Origin: Candidatus Kapaibacterium sp.
Lineage (GTDB): Bacteria > Bacteroidota > Ignavibacteria > Kapaibacteriales > UBA7675
Direction of reading: 5' to 3'
NCBI GenBank assembly: GCA_028284775.1
Contig: JANQRB010000044.1
Coordinates: forward strand, 65,342-129,341
DNA: 64,000 nt
Below, piece after piece: positions 19,144-29,511 of this stretch. Numbering within the stretch: position 1 is the first letter of the stretch; each line of letters begins with the position of its first letter. The notes under the pieces were generated by a model, which had not been told where the DNA came from, did no database searches, and worked only from the letters and a program-made list of their open reading frames with translations. The position numbers and the translations under genes are program-made.

Positions 19144-22100
19144 ATGAAATCCGCTTTTCGTTCCACAACGCGGACTTGCACGCTCTTCCGGCACAGGCTA
19201 GCGACGATCTGGCGCAGCCTACTTGCCATCCTCTGTTGCGTCGCATCCGCAATGGCGCAGAACAATCCGCCAATCCGGGAGTCGCAACGCGACTTTCAGC
19301 ACTACGGCACGCGCGACGGGCTTTCCAACAGCGAGGTACGTGTGATTCTGCGGGACAGCATGGGTTTCATGTGGTTCGGCACCAGCGATGGTCTGAACAA
19401 ATTCGACGGATATGATTTCACGGTGTACAAACCCGACCGTCTTGACACGCACTCGATCGCGGGCAACAGCATCGACGCTCTTCACGAATCGTCCAACGGC
19501 ATACTATGGATCGGCACGTCCGAGGGCCGGCTCTGTTCCTTCGACCGGACAAGGGAAGTGTTTCGCAATTATGTAGTCGACTCGTCCGGGACAGGCGGCG
19601 CCTTCGGCAGCGGCATCACCAAAATTATCGAAGATCGCCATGGCAAACTCTGGTTGATCACTATGGCCGGTCGTCTCATTCATTTCGACCCGGTTGACGG
19701 AAACTGTACTGCCCGCAATGCGACTTTCGCGGATTTCAAAGCAGTCACCCTTTCGAACCGCTTAGTGTATGACGCGCTTGAAGACAGCACGGGCGCGCTC
19801 TGGCTTGGTACTTCGGCGGGTTTATTGCGCTATCAACCCGCCACCGGCAGCACACAACGATTCAAGCCGCCGCAAAATTCAAGGGTGGAGCCGCGCTATA
19901 ACGACGCAGCATACAGGCTGATGAAAATCCCCAACGGCAACATTGTAGCTGTCAACAACGTTTGCCTGTTCGAGTTCGACCTTAGCAGCGAATCGTTTAC
20001 GACCCTTCTGACGAGCGACTATGTCACAACGAAAAATTCCAACCAACACTTTACTGCCATCAGCTATCAGCCGGACGGCACCTACTGGATCGGAACCATC
20101 GGCGCGGGGTTGCTGCAGTTTACGCCAAGAAGTGACGAGCTGCTGCTACATCAGCATCACGAGCTTTTTCCCGGCAGCCTGAGCGGCAACTCGGTCCGCT
20201 CACTGTCGGTCGACGATAGCGGCATGCTGTGGTGTGGAACGCGCTTCGGCATCGATATGCTCGCCCTGACCTCGCGGCACATCACGAAGGTAGGCGGCGA
20301 ACGAGCCTTTACGCAAGGCCTGCGGAATCTCGTCGTGCGCTCGCTGCTTCACGACCGCAGACGGAATATCTGGATCGGGACGGACGCCGGCGCCTATGTC
20401 ATGCGAGATAGCGATGACGGTACAATCCGCGCGCGTCCTGATGTAAGCCCCCTGGGCGACACTAAGTATCCCTTGAATGCCTTATATGAAGACATTCACG
20501 GTTGGATCTGGTTCGGCTACAGCAGTCCGGAGCTCATTGTCTATCAGCCTGACTCCAGGCGCGTGAAACGCTACTCTTCGCTGTCCGTCAATTCCGGCAT
20601 CACCTTCGATTATGTGTATAGCTTCACGGAAAGCAGCGCGGGGGAGCTCTGGTTCGGCACGCGGAGAGGGCTGGTCATTTATGATCGCGACGCGGATCGT
20701 TTTGAAGCGTTCAGACGCGAAATGCAGAATGACAATCTCTTATACGTCTTCGACCTGCTCGAACTGGAGGATGGTAAATGGTGGCTTGCCACCAACGAAG
20801 GCATCTGGGTTTTTGATGCAAAAACAAGGAGTTATGTCCATCGCTATGAATTCAAGATCGGGGACAGCGGCGCGCTCAGCTCCAACGAAGTATGGTGTCT
20901 GCACCGCGACAGGCAGGACCGAATCTGGGTATGTACCTATGGACAGGGGATCAATCTTTACGATCCGCAAAGCGATTCCTTCCGTTGTTTTGGCGAGAGT
21001 GAAGGGCTGCCGAGCGGTGCCACGTTCGGTATGCTGGAAGACGGACAGGGCCGGTTCTGGCTTAGCACGACCAAAGGACTGTCACGATTCGATCCCGCCG
21101 GTGGTATTTTTCGCAACTTCGACGAACGCGACGGCCTGCAAAGCAATGAGTTTTACTTCGGCGCTTATCACCGCAGCAGGTACAGCGGAGAAATGTTTTT
21201 CGGCGGCGTTAAAGGGTTAAACCGCTTTTACCCGGACAGCATTCGCGATAACTCACAGCCGCCGCCGCTGGCGATCACGGGCTTGCAGGTTTTCGGTCAC
21301 ACACGGCGTCGCGAGCTGGTCGACGGAGACAGCCTGCGACTCTCGTACAGCGACAATTTTATCTCACTCACCTTCGCGGCGCTCGACTACAGCAACCCGG
21401 GCAAACAGCACTATGCTTATGTTCTGGAGGGCGTCGATCCCGATTGGGTTTATTGCGGCACACGGCGCTATGCCGCTTACACCGATCTGCCGGGTGGAAG
21501 CTATACCTTTCGTGTTAAAGGCTCGAATTGCGACGGCGTCTGGAACGAAGAGGGTATCGCCATTACGCTCATCATTACGCCGCCTTTCTGGAATACACTG
21601 CTCTTTCGCGCCGCCGTCGTGCTGTTGCTGATCGCCGGGGTTGCCGGCGGACTGCGAGTTCGTATCAGAGCGATTCAGCGCAAGGCGGAGCTGCGACGCA
21701 AAATGCTGGAGTCCGAGCTGGAAGCCCTGCGATTACAGATGAATCCGCATTTTATGTTTAACTCGCTGCATTCGATCCAGAATTTTATCATTAAACACGA
21801 CCAGGATACGGCCTATTCCTATCTGGCGCGTTTTGCATGCCTGATGCGTATGACGCTCGAAAATTCCGGCGCCAAGGAAATCACGCTGGCGCGCGAGCTG
21901 CAGACGCTGAAGCTGTATCTCGAACTTGAAACACTGCGTTTCGAGCATAGAATACGCTATGTCATCGACGTCGATAACTCGATCGACGTCGAACGACAAT
22001 TACTGCCGCCCCTGCTTTTGCAGCCTTACGTCGAAAACGCCATTGTCCACGGTCTGCAGCCCAAGTACGGCAAGGGGCTCATTACGGTCAGAATTCGCCG

Positions 22101-22383
22101 TCAGGCTCATCAGATCATCTGCTCGGTGGAAGATGACGGCGCAGGTCGCGCATTCGCACGCCGGGCGGTACAGAAAAACAATGCCAGGCACCTGTCGATC
22201 GGCATGAAAGTGGCACGCAAACGGCTGGAACGCCTCAACGCACAGTTCCAACAATCAATGGCGGTCCGGGTCACTGATTTGTACGATGCGCTCGGCAAGG
22301 CCGCCGGTACGCGTGTCGATATTACGCTGGCAGCTACCGCCTTTCACGAAAACCGGGATAATCGGGAGTCCATTCCAGCCTGA
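19144..22383 (+). CDS. Sensor histidine kinase, propeller + Y_Y_Y + TM + LytS-type His_kinase + HATPase_c (paralog 2 of 3)
   Basis: The ORF-track start 19129 is TTG. ATG at 19144 (MKSAFRS...) has GGAGA 8 nt upstream. Same architecture as HK1: Y_Y_Y YAYVLEGVDPDWVYCGTRRYAAYTDLPGGSYTFRVKGSNCDGVW; H-box LQMNPHFMFNSLHSIQNF. The kinase core is ~80% identical to HK1 by eye. Confidence 0.9.
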   Translation: MKSAFRSTTRTCTLFRHRLATIWRSLLAILCCVASAMAQNNPPIRESQRDFQHYGTRDGLSNSEVRVILRDSMGFMWFGTSDGLNKFDGYDFTVYKPDRLDTHSIAGNSIDALHESSNGILWIGTSEGRLCSFDRTREVFRNYVVDSSGTGGAFGSGITKIIEDRHGKLWLITMAGRLIHFDPVDGNCTARNATFADFKAVTLSNRLVYDALEDSTGALWLGTSAGLLRYQPATGSTQRFKPPQNSRVEPRYNDAAYRLMKIPNGNIVAVNNVCLFEFDLSSESFTTLLTSDYVTTKNSNQHFTAISYQPDGTYWIGTIGAGLLQFTPRSDELLLHQHHELFPGSLSGNSVRSLSVDDSGMLWCGTRFGIDMLALTSRHITKVGGERAFTQGLRNLVVRSLLHDRRRNIWIGTDAGAYVMRDSDDGTIRARPDVSPLGDTKYPLNALYEDIHGWIWFGYSSPELIVYQPDSRRVKRYSSLSVNSGITFDYVYSFTESSAGELWFGTRRGLVIYDRDADRFEAFRREMQNDNLLYVFDLLELEDGKWWLATNEGIWVFDAKTRSYVHRYEFKIGDSGALSSNEVWCLHRDRQDRIWVCTYGQGINLYDPQSDSFRCFGESEGLPSGATFGMLEDGQGRFWLSTTKGLSRFDPAGGIFRNFDERDGLQSNEFYFGAYHRSRYSGEMFFGGVKGLNRFYPDSIRDNSQPPPLAITGLQVFGHTRRRELVDGDSLRLSYSDNFISLTFAALDYSNPGKQHYAYVLEGVDPDWVYCGTRRYAAYTDLPGGSYTFRVKGSNCDGVWNEEGIAITLIITPPFWNTLLFRAAVVLLLIAGVAGGLRVRIRAIQRKAELRRKMLESELEALRLQMNPHFMFNSLHSIQNFIIKHDQDTAYSYLARFACLMRMTLENSGAKEITLARELQTLKLYLELETLRFEHRIRYVIDVDNSIDVERQLLPPLLLQPYVENAIVHGLQPKYGKGLITVRIRRQAHQIICSVEDDGAGRAFARRAVQKNNARHLSIGMKVARKRLERLNAQFQQSMAVRVTDLYDALGKAAGTRVDITLAATAFHENRDNRESIPA

Positions 22384-22474
22384 CATTTGCGGTATTCGCT
22401 TCCCCGCACACCGGCAGCCTCCCGGCGCTGCCGGCCGTAATGTACTGCCGCGGCCGACGTCGGTCGCCAAAATC

Positions 22475-22492
22475 AACAGCGTCGCTGTTTTT
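22475..22492 (+). terminator. Weak terminator-like hairpin (AACAGC-GTC-GCTGTT + TTT) downstream of HK2
   Basis: 6-bp stem, 3-nt loop, followed by tttta. Marginal stability; listed only as a possibility. Confidence 0.2.
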
Positions 22493-22683
22493 AGGGTGAT
22501 CTCATCGCTCCAGTCGATGAGTATCCGACCGAAGTGGAGAATCGGATGCTGGAAATCCACCATTGTCCCACAATGAATATTGAGCCTTCGGCCATTCTTC
22601 ATTGTATGGCATCGTCCTTGGACGTAATTTTTCCGTCAACCACTGGAACCTCCGACGCTGATCACAATCAGGAGAAGGACTCG

Positions 22684-25600
22684 ATGTCGGGAGCGCTACG
22701 TTTTTTCACTGCGTCCGGGGGGGCTCGTCCCTGGTCCGACTTTCTACGTATGTACTGCTTAGTCCTTGTATTTTTTTGTTGTTGCGCCCAGTCAGCGGCG
22801 CAGATTGCAGCCATTAGCACGAAGTCCGACCGGGACTTCCAACGTATCGGCACGGAGCATGGACTTTCCAACAGCTACGTTGAAGTAATGTTACAGGATA
22901 GCAAGGGATTCATGTGGTTCGGAACCAGCGACGGCCTTAACAAATATGACGGTTATGAGTTCACGGTCTACAAGCCGGACCGCAGCAATCCGCATTCGAT
23001 TACCGACAATACCGTCACTGCGCTGCTCGAAGCGTCAGACGGTTTATTGTGGATGGGTACGTCCGAAGGCAAACTGTGTTCATTTGACCGCCGAGATGAA
23101 AAGTTTACAACCTACTCAATCGAATCGACGCCGATCTTCGGCACCGCAATCAGCAGCATCACCGGCATTGTCGAAGATCAACACCGAAAGCTCTGGCTGA
23201 CAAACTATGCCAACAGGTTCTTCTGTTTTGATCCGGACAGCGGTGTCTTCAGCGAGCACAGCGCTATTTTCAGGGGCCCGCGCGGTGACGAGGATGTTTA
23301 CTTTAACGTCGAAAGCCTGCTGGCGGACGGCGGCGGCGTTTGGATCGGTACATCGAAGGGCCTGTTGCATTATCAGCCATACAGCGGCAGAGCAGACCAC
23401 TACCCGCAGCCATCCGATACGGATACCTCGCTGTACCATACCGAGGTAATAAGTATTCTCAAGGCCGCCGAAGGAAAATTTATCGTATTAACGAAAGTCG
23501 GCTTGTACAGCTTTGACCCCGCACTGGAAACTTTTACTCCGCTGCTCAGATGCGATCGCGAGCCGGATGCGCCACCTCTCGGCTTTTTTCATGTTTTGGC
23601 TCCCGGCAGCGACGGTAGCTATTGGATTGGTACAATCGCCCATGGTTTATATCAGTTTCTGCCGCAGTCAAATAAACTGATTCATCACGAACATCATCCG
23701 CTGTATCCCAACAGTTTGAGCAGCAATTCGATTTTTGCCCTCGAGGTCGACCGCTTTGGCACGCTGTGGGCCGGTACTCGTTTTGGTGTTAACAAGCTTT
23801 CCGTCTCAGCGAAGAATTTCAGAACAATCGGCGGCGAACGCGCCTTCACTCAAGGAATGCGCAATCGCGTCGTGCGCGCACTGTGCCACGATCGACGGGG
23901 CTACCTCTGGATTGGAACCGACGGCGGACCATACTATATTCACGATAGCGCGACGGAGATGGCTATCGGGCGTCCGAAAGCCGGCGCCCGCGCGTTTTAT
24001 GACAGTCCCGTTAACGCGATTTACGAAGATAGCTACGGCTGGATATGGATCGGATACTCCAACCTGCATCAGACGGCTTACCATCCGGACAAAGGTGAAA
24101 TCAGGCAGTATGCTTTTCTGTCGGATTCATGCCGGCAGGTTCTCGGCCCCATCTATTGCTTCGCGGAGGATCACGAAGGCCGATTATGGACCGGAACCCG
24201 CAAGGGATTGCGGCGTTTCGACAGGGATGCGGATCGATTCGAGGAATTCGGATACGGCATCCTGCAACTCCATAGAACATACTTTTATGTTTTTGACATT
24301 CTGGAAGTGGAAAACGGCATACTGTGGCTCGCCACTAACGAAGGGCTTTATGTCTTTAACACGCGAATAGGGCGCTACATCCGACGTTACACAATGGATG
24401 CGCAGGACAGCAGCTCGATCAGTTCCAATGAAACATGGTGTTTGCATCGCGATCGTCGGGGGCGTATCTGGGTAGGAACGTTCGGACAGGGAATTAATCT
24501 TTACGATCCCCAAAGCGATTCCTTTCGCAGCTTTAACGAAGCGGAAGGACTGCCCAGCGGCGCAACCTTCGGTATACTGGAAGATGATCGCGGACGACTG
24601 TGGATCAGTACCGCCAGAGGTCTTTCCCGCTTCGACCCTCGCAGCGGCATTTTTCGCAATTACGATGTACAGGATGGCCTGCAAAGCAATGCTTTCTACT
24701 TCGGCGCCTACCATCACAGTAAGTACAGCGGCGAAATGTTCTTCGGCGGCGAAAACGGTGTTAACCGCTTTCACCCCGACAGTGTGCGCTATAATCCGCA
24801 CGAGCCGCTGCTCGCGATAACCGAGCTCCAGGTATCAGACAGCACATGGCGCAGAGAAATGCTCGATGGCGACAGCCTGAATCTCTCGTATCGCGACAAT
24901 TTCATCACATTCACGTTTGCCGCGCTTGACTACAACAATCCCGGTAAACATCAATATCGATACATGCTCGAAGGCGTTGACGACAAGTGGGTGGAGTGCG
25001 GCACCCGTCGCTTTGCCGCTTATACCAAACTACCGGCCGGTGACTATACCTTCCGTTTGCAGGGTTCGAACAGCGACGGAGTTTGGAATCATCGCGGCAT
25101 CACCATTCCGGTGAGGATTGCGCCGCCATTCTGGAATACGCTGCTCTTTCGCAGCGGCGTCGCGCTGCTGCTGATTGCTCTGGTAGGCTGGGGGGCACAC
25201 CGGTGGACCAAAGCGGTACAGCGCAAAGCGGATCTTAAACGCCAGGTGCTGGAATCCGAGTTGGAAGCATTGCGTTTGCAGATGAATCCGCACTTCATGT
25301 TTAATTCGCTGCATTCGATTCAACACTTTATCATTAAACATGACCAGGACACGGCCTATACCTATCTGGCGCGTTTTGCCAGTCTGATGCGTATGACACT
25401 GGAAAACTCGCGCAAACAAGAAATATCGCTTGCGCGCGAGTTAATGACGCTGGAATTGTATCTCGAGCTCGAAACACTGCGCTTCGGACACAAGATACGA
25501 TATGTTATTGACCTTGATTGCACGATTGACAGCGAGCAGCTGATGCTGCCGCCGATGCTTCTGCAGCCATTTGTAGAAAATGCCATTGTTCACGGTCTGC

Positions 25601-25899
25601 AACCGAAAATCGGCCCCTGTCTTCTCACAATTGCCGTTCGCCGGCAGGGCGACCAGATTGTCTGCACGGTGGAAGACAACGGCGTCGGCCGCACCTTTGC
25701 CCGCCGGCAGAAACAGAAAAACCGCAACCGGCATCTGTCGATCGGAATGAAGGTCGCGCGCAAGCGACTCGAACGCCTCACCGCCCAAATGCAACAATCC
25801 ATGAGTATACATGTCACCGATCTGTTCGACGCGCATGGTCAGGCCTCCGGCACCCGCGTCGACATCACCCTTGCGGCGAGTGAGATCTCCCGTGTTTAA
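22684..25899 (+). CDS. Sensor histidine kinase, propeller + Y_Y_Y + TM + LytS-type His_kinase + HATPase_c (paralog 3 of 3)
   Basis: Start reassigned to ATG 22684 (MSGALRFF...) with AGGAGAAGG SD 6 nt upstream. Signal/TM MYCLVLVFFCCCAQSAAQ. Y_Y_Y YRYMLEGVDDKWVECGTRRFAAYTKLPAGDYTFRLQGSNSDGVW; H-box LQMNPHFMFNSLHSIQHF. Confidence 0.9.
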   Translation: MSGALRFFTASGGARPWSDFLRMYCLVLVFFCCCAQSAAQIAAISTKSDRDFQRIGTEHGLSNSYVEVMLQDSKGFMWFGTSDGLNKYDGYEFTVYKPDRSNPHSITDNTVTALLEASDGLLWMGTSEGKLCSFDRRDEKFTTYSIESTPIFGTAISSITGIVEDQHRKLWLTNYANRFFCFDPDSGVFSEHSAIFRGPRGDEDVYFNVESLLADGGGVWIGTSKGLLHYQPYSGRADHYPQPSDTDTSLYHTEVISILKAAEGKFIVLTKVGLYSFDPALETFTPLLRCDREPDAPPLGFFHVLAPGSDGSYWIGTIAHGLYQFLPQSNKLIHHEHHPLYPNSLSSNSIFALEVDRFGTLWAGTRFGVNKLSVSAKNFRTIGGERAFTQGMRNRVVRALCHDRRGYLWIGTDGGPYYIHDSATEMAIGRPKAGARAFYDSPVNAIYEDSYGWIWIGYSNLHQTAYHPDKGEIRQYAFLSDSCRQVLGPIYCFAEDHEGRLWTGTRKGLRRFDRDADRFEEFGYGILQLHRTYFYVFDILEVENGILWLATNEGLYVFNTRIGRYIRRYTMDAQDSSSISSNETWCLHRDRRGRIWVGTFGQGINLYDPQSDSFRSFNEAEGLPSGATFGILEDDRGRLWISTARGLSRFDPRSGIFRNYDVQDGLQSNAFYFGAYHHSKYSGEMFFGGENGVNRFHPDSVRYNPHEPLLAITELQVSDSTWRREMLDGDSLNLSYRDNFITFTFAALDYNNPGKHQYRYMLEGVDDKWVECGTRRFAAYTKLPAGDYTFRLQGSNSDGVWNHRGITIPVRIAPPFWNTLLFRSGVALLLIALVGWGAHRWTKAVQRKADLKRQVLESELEALRLQMNPHFMFNSLHSIQHFIIKHDQDTAYTYLARFASLMRMTLENSRKQEISLARELMTLELYLELETLRFGHKIRYVIDLDCTIDSEQLMLPPMLLQPFVENAIVHGLQPKIGPCLLTIAVRRQGDQIVCTVEDNGVGRTFARRQKQKNRNRHLSIGMKVARKRLERLTAQMQQSMSIHVTDLFDAHGQASGTRVDITLAASEISRV

Positions 25900-25940
25900 C
25901 AAAGCCCGGTATTGTCAGGTATATCAAGGCTCAGGAAGCA

Positions 25941-27101
25941 TTAGCCGCCGACCAGATAAGAGAGCTGCGCCGTCAGAACAGCAAGATAGTTACCGGCGGC
26001 GTAGCCGACCATGGCCATGAGAATGGCTGCCGGCACCAGCGCCTGACGATGATGAGCGGCGACGATCGGTGCGGAAGCAATTCCGCCGATGTTGGCGGCT
26101 GAAGCAATTGCGGCGCTGTGAAGATCCACGCGCAGCAGCCGGGCGCCGAGCAGGCAGACAGCGCCGTGAATGAAGATCATCAGAAACGAGGCGAGCAGAA
26201 AGATCGGCGCATCGTCGAGCCCCTGCAGGGAGGCGCGAGCCCCCATTCCGGCCAGAAAGAGATATACCAGGGCGAGCCCGATTGCCCGCGAGCCGGGGAT
26301 ACGCCGGGCCGGACTGAAGGAGAGGGCCAGGGCAAAGGTCGTCAGCAGCAGCGTACGCCAAGTTCCGGTACTGACAACCGGTGGCAGCTCCGGCAGCAGC
26401 GGCGCCAGCTCGCGTGCCGCCCAGGTCACGGCGGCGACAATCGTTAACAGATAGAGCACATGATGGATCTGCAGCGGTTCTTCGCTTGTGTTGCCTGTTT
26501 CCAGGGCAGCCGCCTCCAGTTGCCGGATACGCGCCGGGTCCACGCCGGCCCATGCGTTGAAACGCTCCGCCAGTGCACGCGAAGAGAGCAAGAGCGGCAA
26601 CCAGACAATGTACACGATGTTATCGGCCAGAATCGCAACCCCCAGGTCATCGGGCTTCAGGCCTAAGCCGGCGGCGGTAGCGGCCATATTGGCTGTGCCG
26701 CCGATCCAGGAGCCGGCCAGGCTGCCGATCAGTTTCCAGCCATCGCCGGCGAGCCAGGCGCTACACAAGGCATAGGCCAGTGTGCCGCCCAGCACTATGC
26801 CAAAGCTGCCGATCAGCATCACGCCAATGCCGCGGCCCATCGTTCGCAGGGCGGCGGGCAAGTCGACCGAAATAAGCATCAGCACCAGGAATGCCGGGAG
26901 CACAAAGTCCGACAAAGCATCATAAGCCGCCGACTTTGCCGGCAGAACGCCGACGTTATTCAGCACAACCGGCAAGGCATAGATCCAGAGCAAAGGAGGA
27001 AAATACCGGAAGCCGCGCCAGCCGGTACTGCGATCCAGATAAAAGAAAAGCATGCACACGGCTGACAGAATGGCGAAAACAGCGGCCGGCGAGCTAATCA
27101 T
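25941..27101 (-). CDS. Polytopic inner-membrane protein, DUF819-like (putative)
   Basis: Start placed at ATG 27101 (MISSPAAVFAILSAVCMLFFYL, first TM helix), because the 71 upstream residues of the track ORF are non-hydrophobic and would overlap the S41 gene. At least 10 hydrophobic segments. Family call is from overall resemblance only. Confidence 0.55.
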   Translation of the reverse strand: MISSPAAVFAILSAVCMLFFYLDRSTGWRGFRYFPPLLWIYALPVVLNNVGVLPAKSAAYDALSDFVLPAFLVLMLISVDLPAALRTMGRGIGVMLIGSFGIVLGGTLAYALCSAWLAGDGWKLIGSLAGSWIGGTANMAATAAGLGLKPDDLGVAILADNIVYIVWLPLLLSSRALAERFNAWAGVDPARIRQLEAAALETGNTSEEPLQIHHVLYLLTIVAAVTWAARELAPLLPELPPVVSTGTWRTLLLTTFALALSFSPARRIPGSRAIGLALVYLFLAGMGARASLQGLDDAPIFLLASFLMIFIHGAVCLLGARLLRVDLHSAAIASAANIGGIASAPIVAAHHRQALVPAAILMAMVGYAAGNYLAVLTAQLSYLVGG

Positions 27102-27192
27102 ATCGAAGCGTAGTAAATAGATGGAAGAAGGAGTCGAATGCAAGATAGCAGTGGCCACGGGGATATGAAACTTTAATGCGACCGGATTCCCT

Positions 27193-28698
27193 TCACCAGT
27201 TCCGATCGGCTTCCCACAGCAAAGGATCTTCATCCGGCCGCCCTGGCTTGCTCTCCGGCACGAGACGGTCGACGGGAATGCCATTGCCTTCGATGCAGCG
27301 CCCATTGCGGTCATAGGTCAGTGCGGTACTGACTGTCAGGCGCCAGCCCGGCAGGAGGCGAATCGTGCGCACCCGACCACTGCCGCCGCCGCTCGGCGTC
27401 CCCAACACTTCCACATGATCGAGCCCCTGTAAGCCAAGCAGCGCGTCTTCGGCGGCCGAATAGCTGAGGGCGTCGGTCAGAAAACGGACCGGACCCATCC
27501 AGCGTTGCCGCTCCGGGGCAGGATGCGCGTAAATCGGCGCGGGTGCGCTAAGTCCACCTCCCGGCAGGCTGGTACGCAGACTGCCCATCAGCCCCGGCCG
27601 TCGCAGAAATCGGTCGCGCACTCGCAGGGCCAGCGGAAAGTTGCCGCCCGGGTTGCCGCGCAGATCGACCACCAGGCCGGGCGCTCCGGCAAAAGCTGAG
27701 ATGGCATCGTCAAGCGATTCCTCGATACCCTGACCGGCAAGGAAAGCCTTGAGCTTAAGATAACCGGCGCCCGACGGCAGACGACGCCAGGTCAGCGGCG
27801 GCAACCACTGTCGCTCGCGGGGCGGCACACGTTCTTCCCAACTCACGCGCCGACCCGATGGTGAGACTGCGCTAAAACGCCGTAAGGTATCGACCGGCGC
27901 TGCGAGCAAGCGTTTGCCGGCGACATAGGGACGGGAATGGGCTGTTGCTGCCGTACGCCGCCAGCAGCCGCGCAGATCTTCGTCCAGCAGTAGATAGCCG
28001 GGCCGGACACCCGCCTCCCAGGCCGTGCTGTCCGGCGGCAACGAGGTGAAAAGCGCTCGATCGCCATCGATCCGCAGGCCATAGGGCAATTCACCCCAGG
28101 CGGGGACAGGACGCAGCCAGGTGTGCGCGTCTTCCAGCACAGCCAGCCACTCCTGGATCGCGGCGACAGGTTCGGCCGCCGCGCGTACCCGCGGCACATG
28201 CTCGGCGCAGATTCTCTCCCAGTCCAGCGCACGCAGCTCGAAAGAAGGGTAGCTGAGAGCAACCTCGCGAACGATAACTTCGATCGCCTCATCGAGATTG
28301 CCGCAGTCGCCGACCTCAAATACTCCATCCGCCAAACGATAAAGGCTGCGCAGATAACTGAATGTCTCAATGACCGCCGCCGCATCGGCTCCATTCGTGA
28401 TAAGCAGCTGTCGTCCGCGATCCAGATACAGGTAGGCTGCGTCGGGAGCGGGATGGATGAGTCCTGCGATCGCCGGATTGCAATGCGCCGGACCTATCAG
28501 CCATCGCGCACCCTCGCCTGGATCGTGCTCGCTGATGACAAGCGGCGCGCCAAGTTCGGTTTCGAGAGCGGTCTGATTTTCGCGGATCAGGGCGGGGAGG
28601 TCGCGCAGGATGCGGGCTTCAGACGCGGAAATATCCTTGAATTGCGTGGGAACAACGACAGTCACGGTGCTTGTCCCTGTAAATGGAAGTCCACTCAT
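27193..28698 (-). CDS. S41-family (C-terminal processing/tail-specific-like) serine peptidase
   Basis: DLRGNPGGN motif and SYSAAE catalytic-serine motif. The track start 28719 is GTG; the first ATG is at 28698 (MSGLPFTG). Start uncertain (no SD). Confidence 0.75.
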   Translation of the reverse strand: MSGLPFTGTSTVTVVVPTQFKDISASEARILRDLPALIRENQTALETELGAPLVISEHDPGEGARWLIGPAHCNPAIAGLIHPAPDAAYLYLDRGRQLLITNGADAAAVIETFSYLRSLYRLADGVFEVGDCGNLDEAIEVIVREVALSYPSFELRALDWERICAEHVPRVRAAAEPVAAIQEWLAVLEDAHTWLRPVPAWGELPYGLRIDGDRALFTSLPPDSTAWEAGVRPGYLLLDEDLRGCWRRTAATAHSRPYVAGKRLLAAPVDTLRRFSAVSPSGRRVSWEERVPPRERQWLPPLTWRRLPSGAGYLKLKAFLAGQGIEESLDDAISAFAGAPGLVVDLRGNPGGNFPLALRVRDRFLRRPGLMGSLRTSLPGGGLSAPAPIYAHPAPERQRWMGPVRFLTDALSYSAAEDALLGLQGLDHVEVLGTPSGGGSGRVRTIRLLPGWRLTVSTALTYDRNGRCIEGNGIPVDRLVPESKPGRPDEDPLLWEADRNW

Positions 28699-29511
28699 GG
28701 TATCGGGGCCTGTATTCACTACCCAGCCTGCGTGTTCGAAGTAGCATTGATTAGTTTTCTGAAATGTAACACAATTCTTTCCAGTTCAAGCAAACGCTTG
28801 TGTTGTTTGTCTATGGCTTTCGCCGTTTTGCGCGGTCTATCCCAGTGTTTTGTGTTGAGCCTGGAATCGTTTATCAGGGAGATGCTCCGAGAAAAATTCC
28901 GCTAAACGAAGGCCTGGCCGGCAAACTAAAGGCGACCTGGGTCACGGGCCGGTGATGAAAACATCGCGAGAAGGGCCGGCGCAAAACATTTACCGGATCA
29001 CTTGCAACGTCAGTCTTCGGATCACATAGCTAAAAACAGCTACACGATATAGCTAAAACAGGCTATTTACACAGAGCGCATTTTTGTGTACTTTGTACGT
29101 GTGGCTTGAAGGCTTCTTTGTTGTCGCCCCACGGCAAGGCCTGATTTGATTCCACTACCACTGCCAATAATTCCGGATGCGCCGCAGCATTCGGCGGATA
29201 GTCAGATCGGTACAGTTCAAACAGAAAGCTCTTCATGGGACACTGAAGATGCAGAGAACATTTTGTTTAGTGTTTAGCAGCCGGCGCAGTTGACAGAACA
29301 ACAACGCGCTCCTACGTAGTCAGTCGTGATCGCTAGCATGGGCTAAGTTGACTTGCTTCCGGCCAAGGACACAACAAGCACAGCTTCACGATACTTTTGT
29401 GCAATGCTGCAATCAAATTACAGTAGACATGACAAGAAAGAGGCAATCGATCGACGCTCGTTACGGACAAGCTTCAAAATCACATTACGGCTTCGAAAAA
29501 GGGAGGCATCT

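Noticed and set aside
29353-29511. The 53-residue N-terminal extension of the Ig-domain protein from the track start
   Set aside because: The internal ATG 29512 has a near-perfect AAGGGAGG SD and begins a classical signal peptide.
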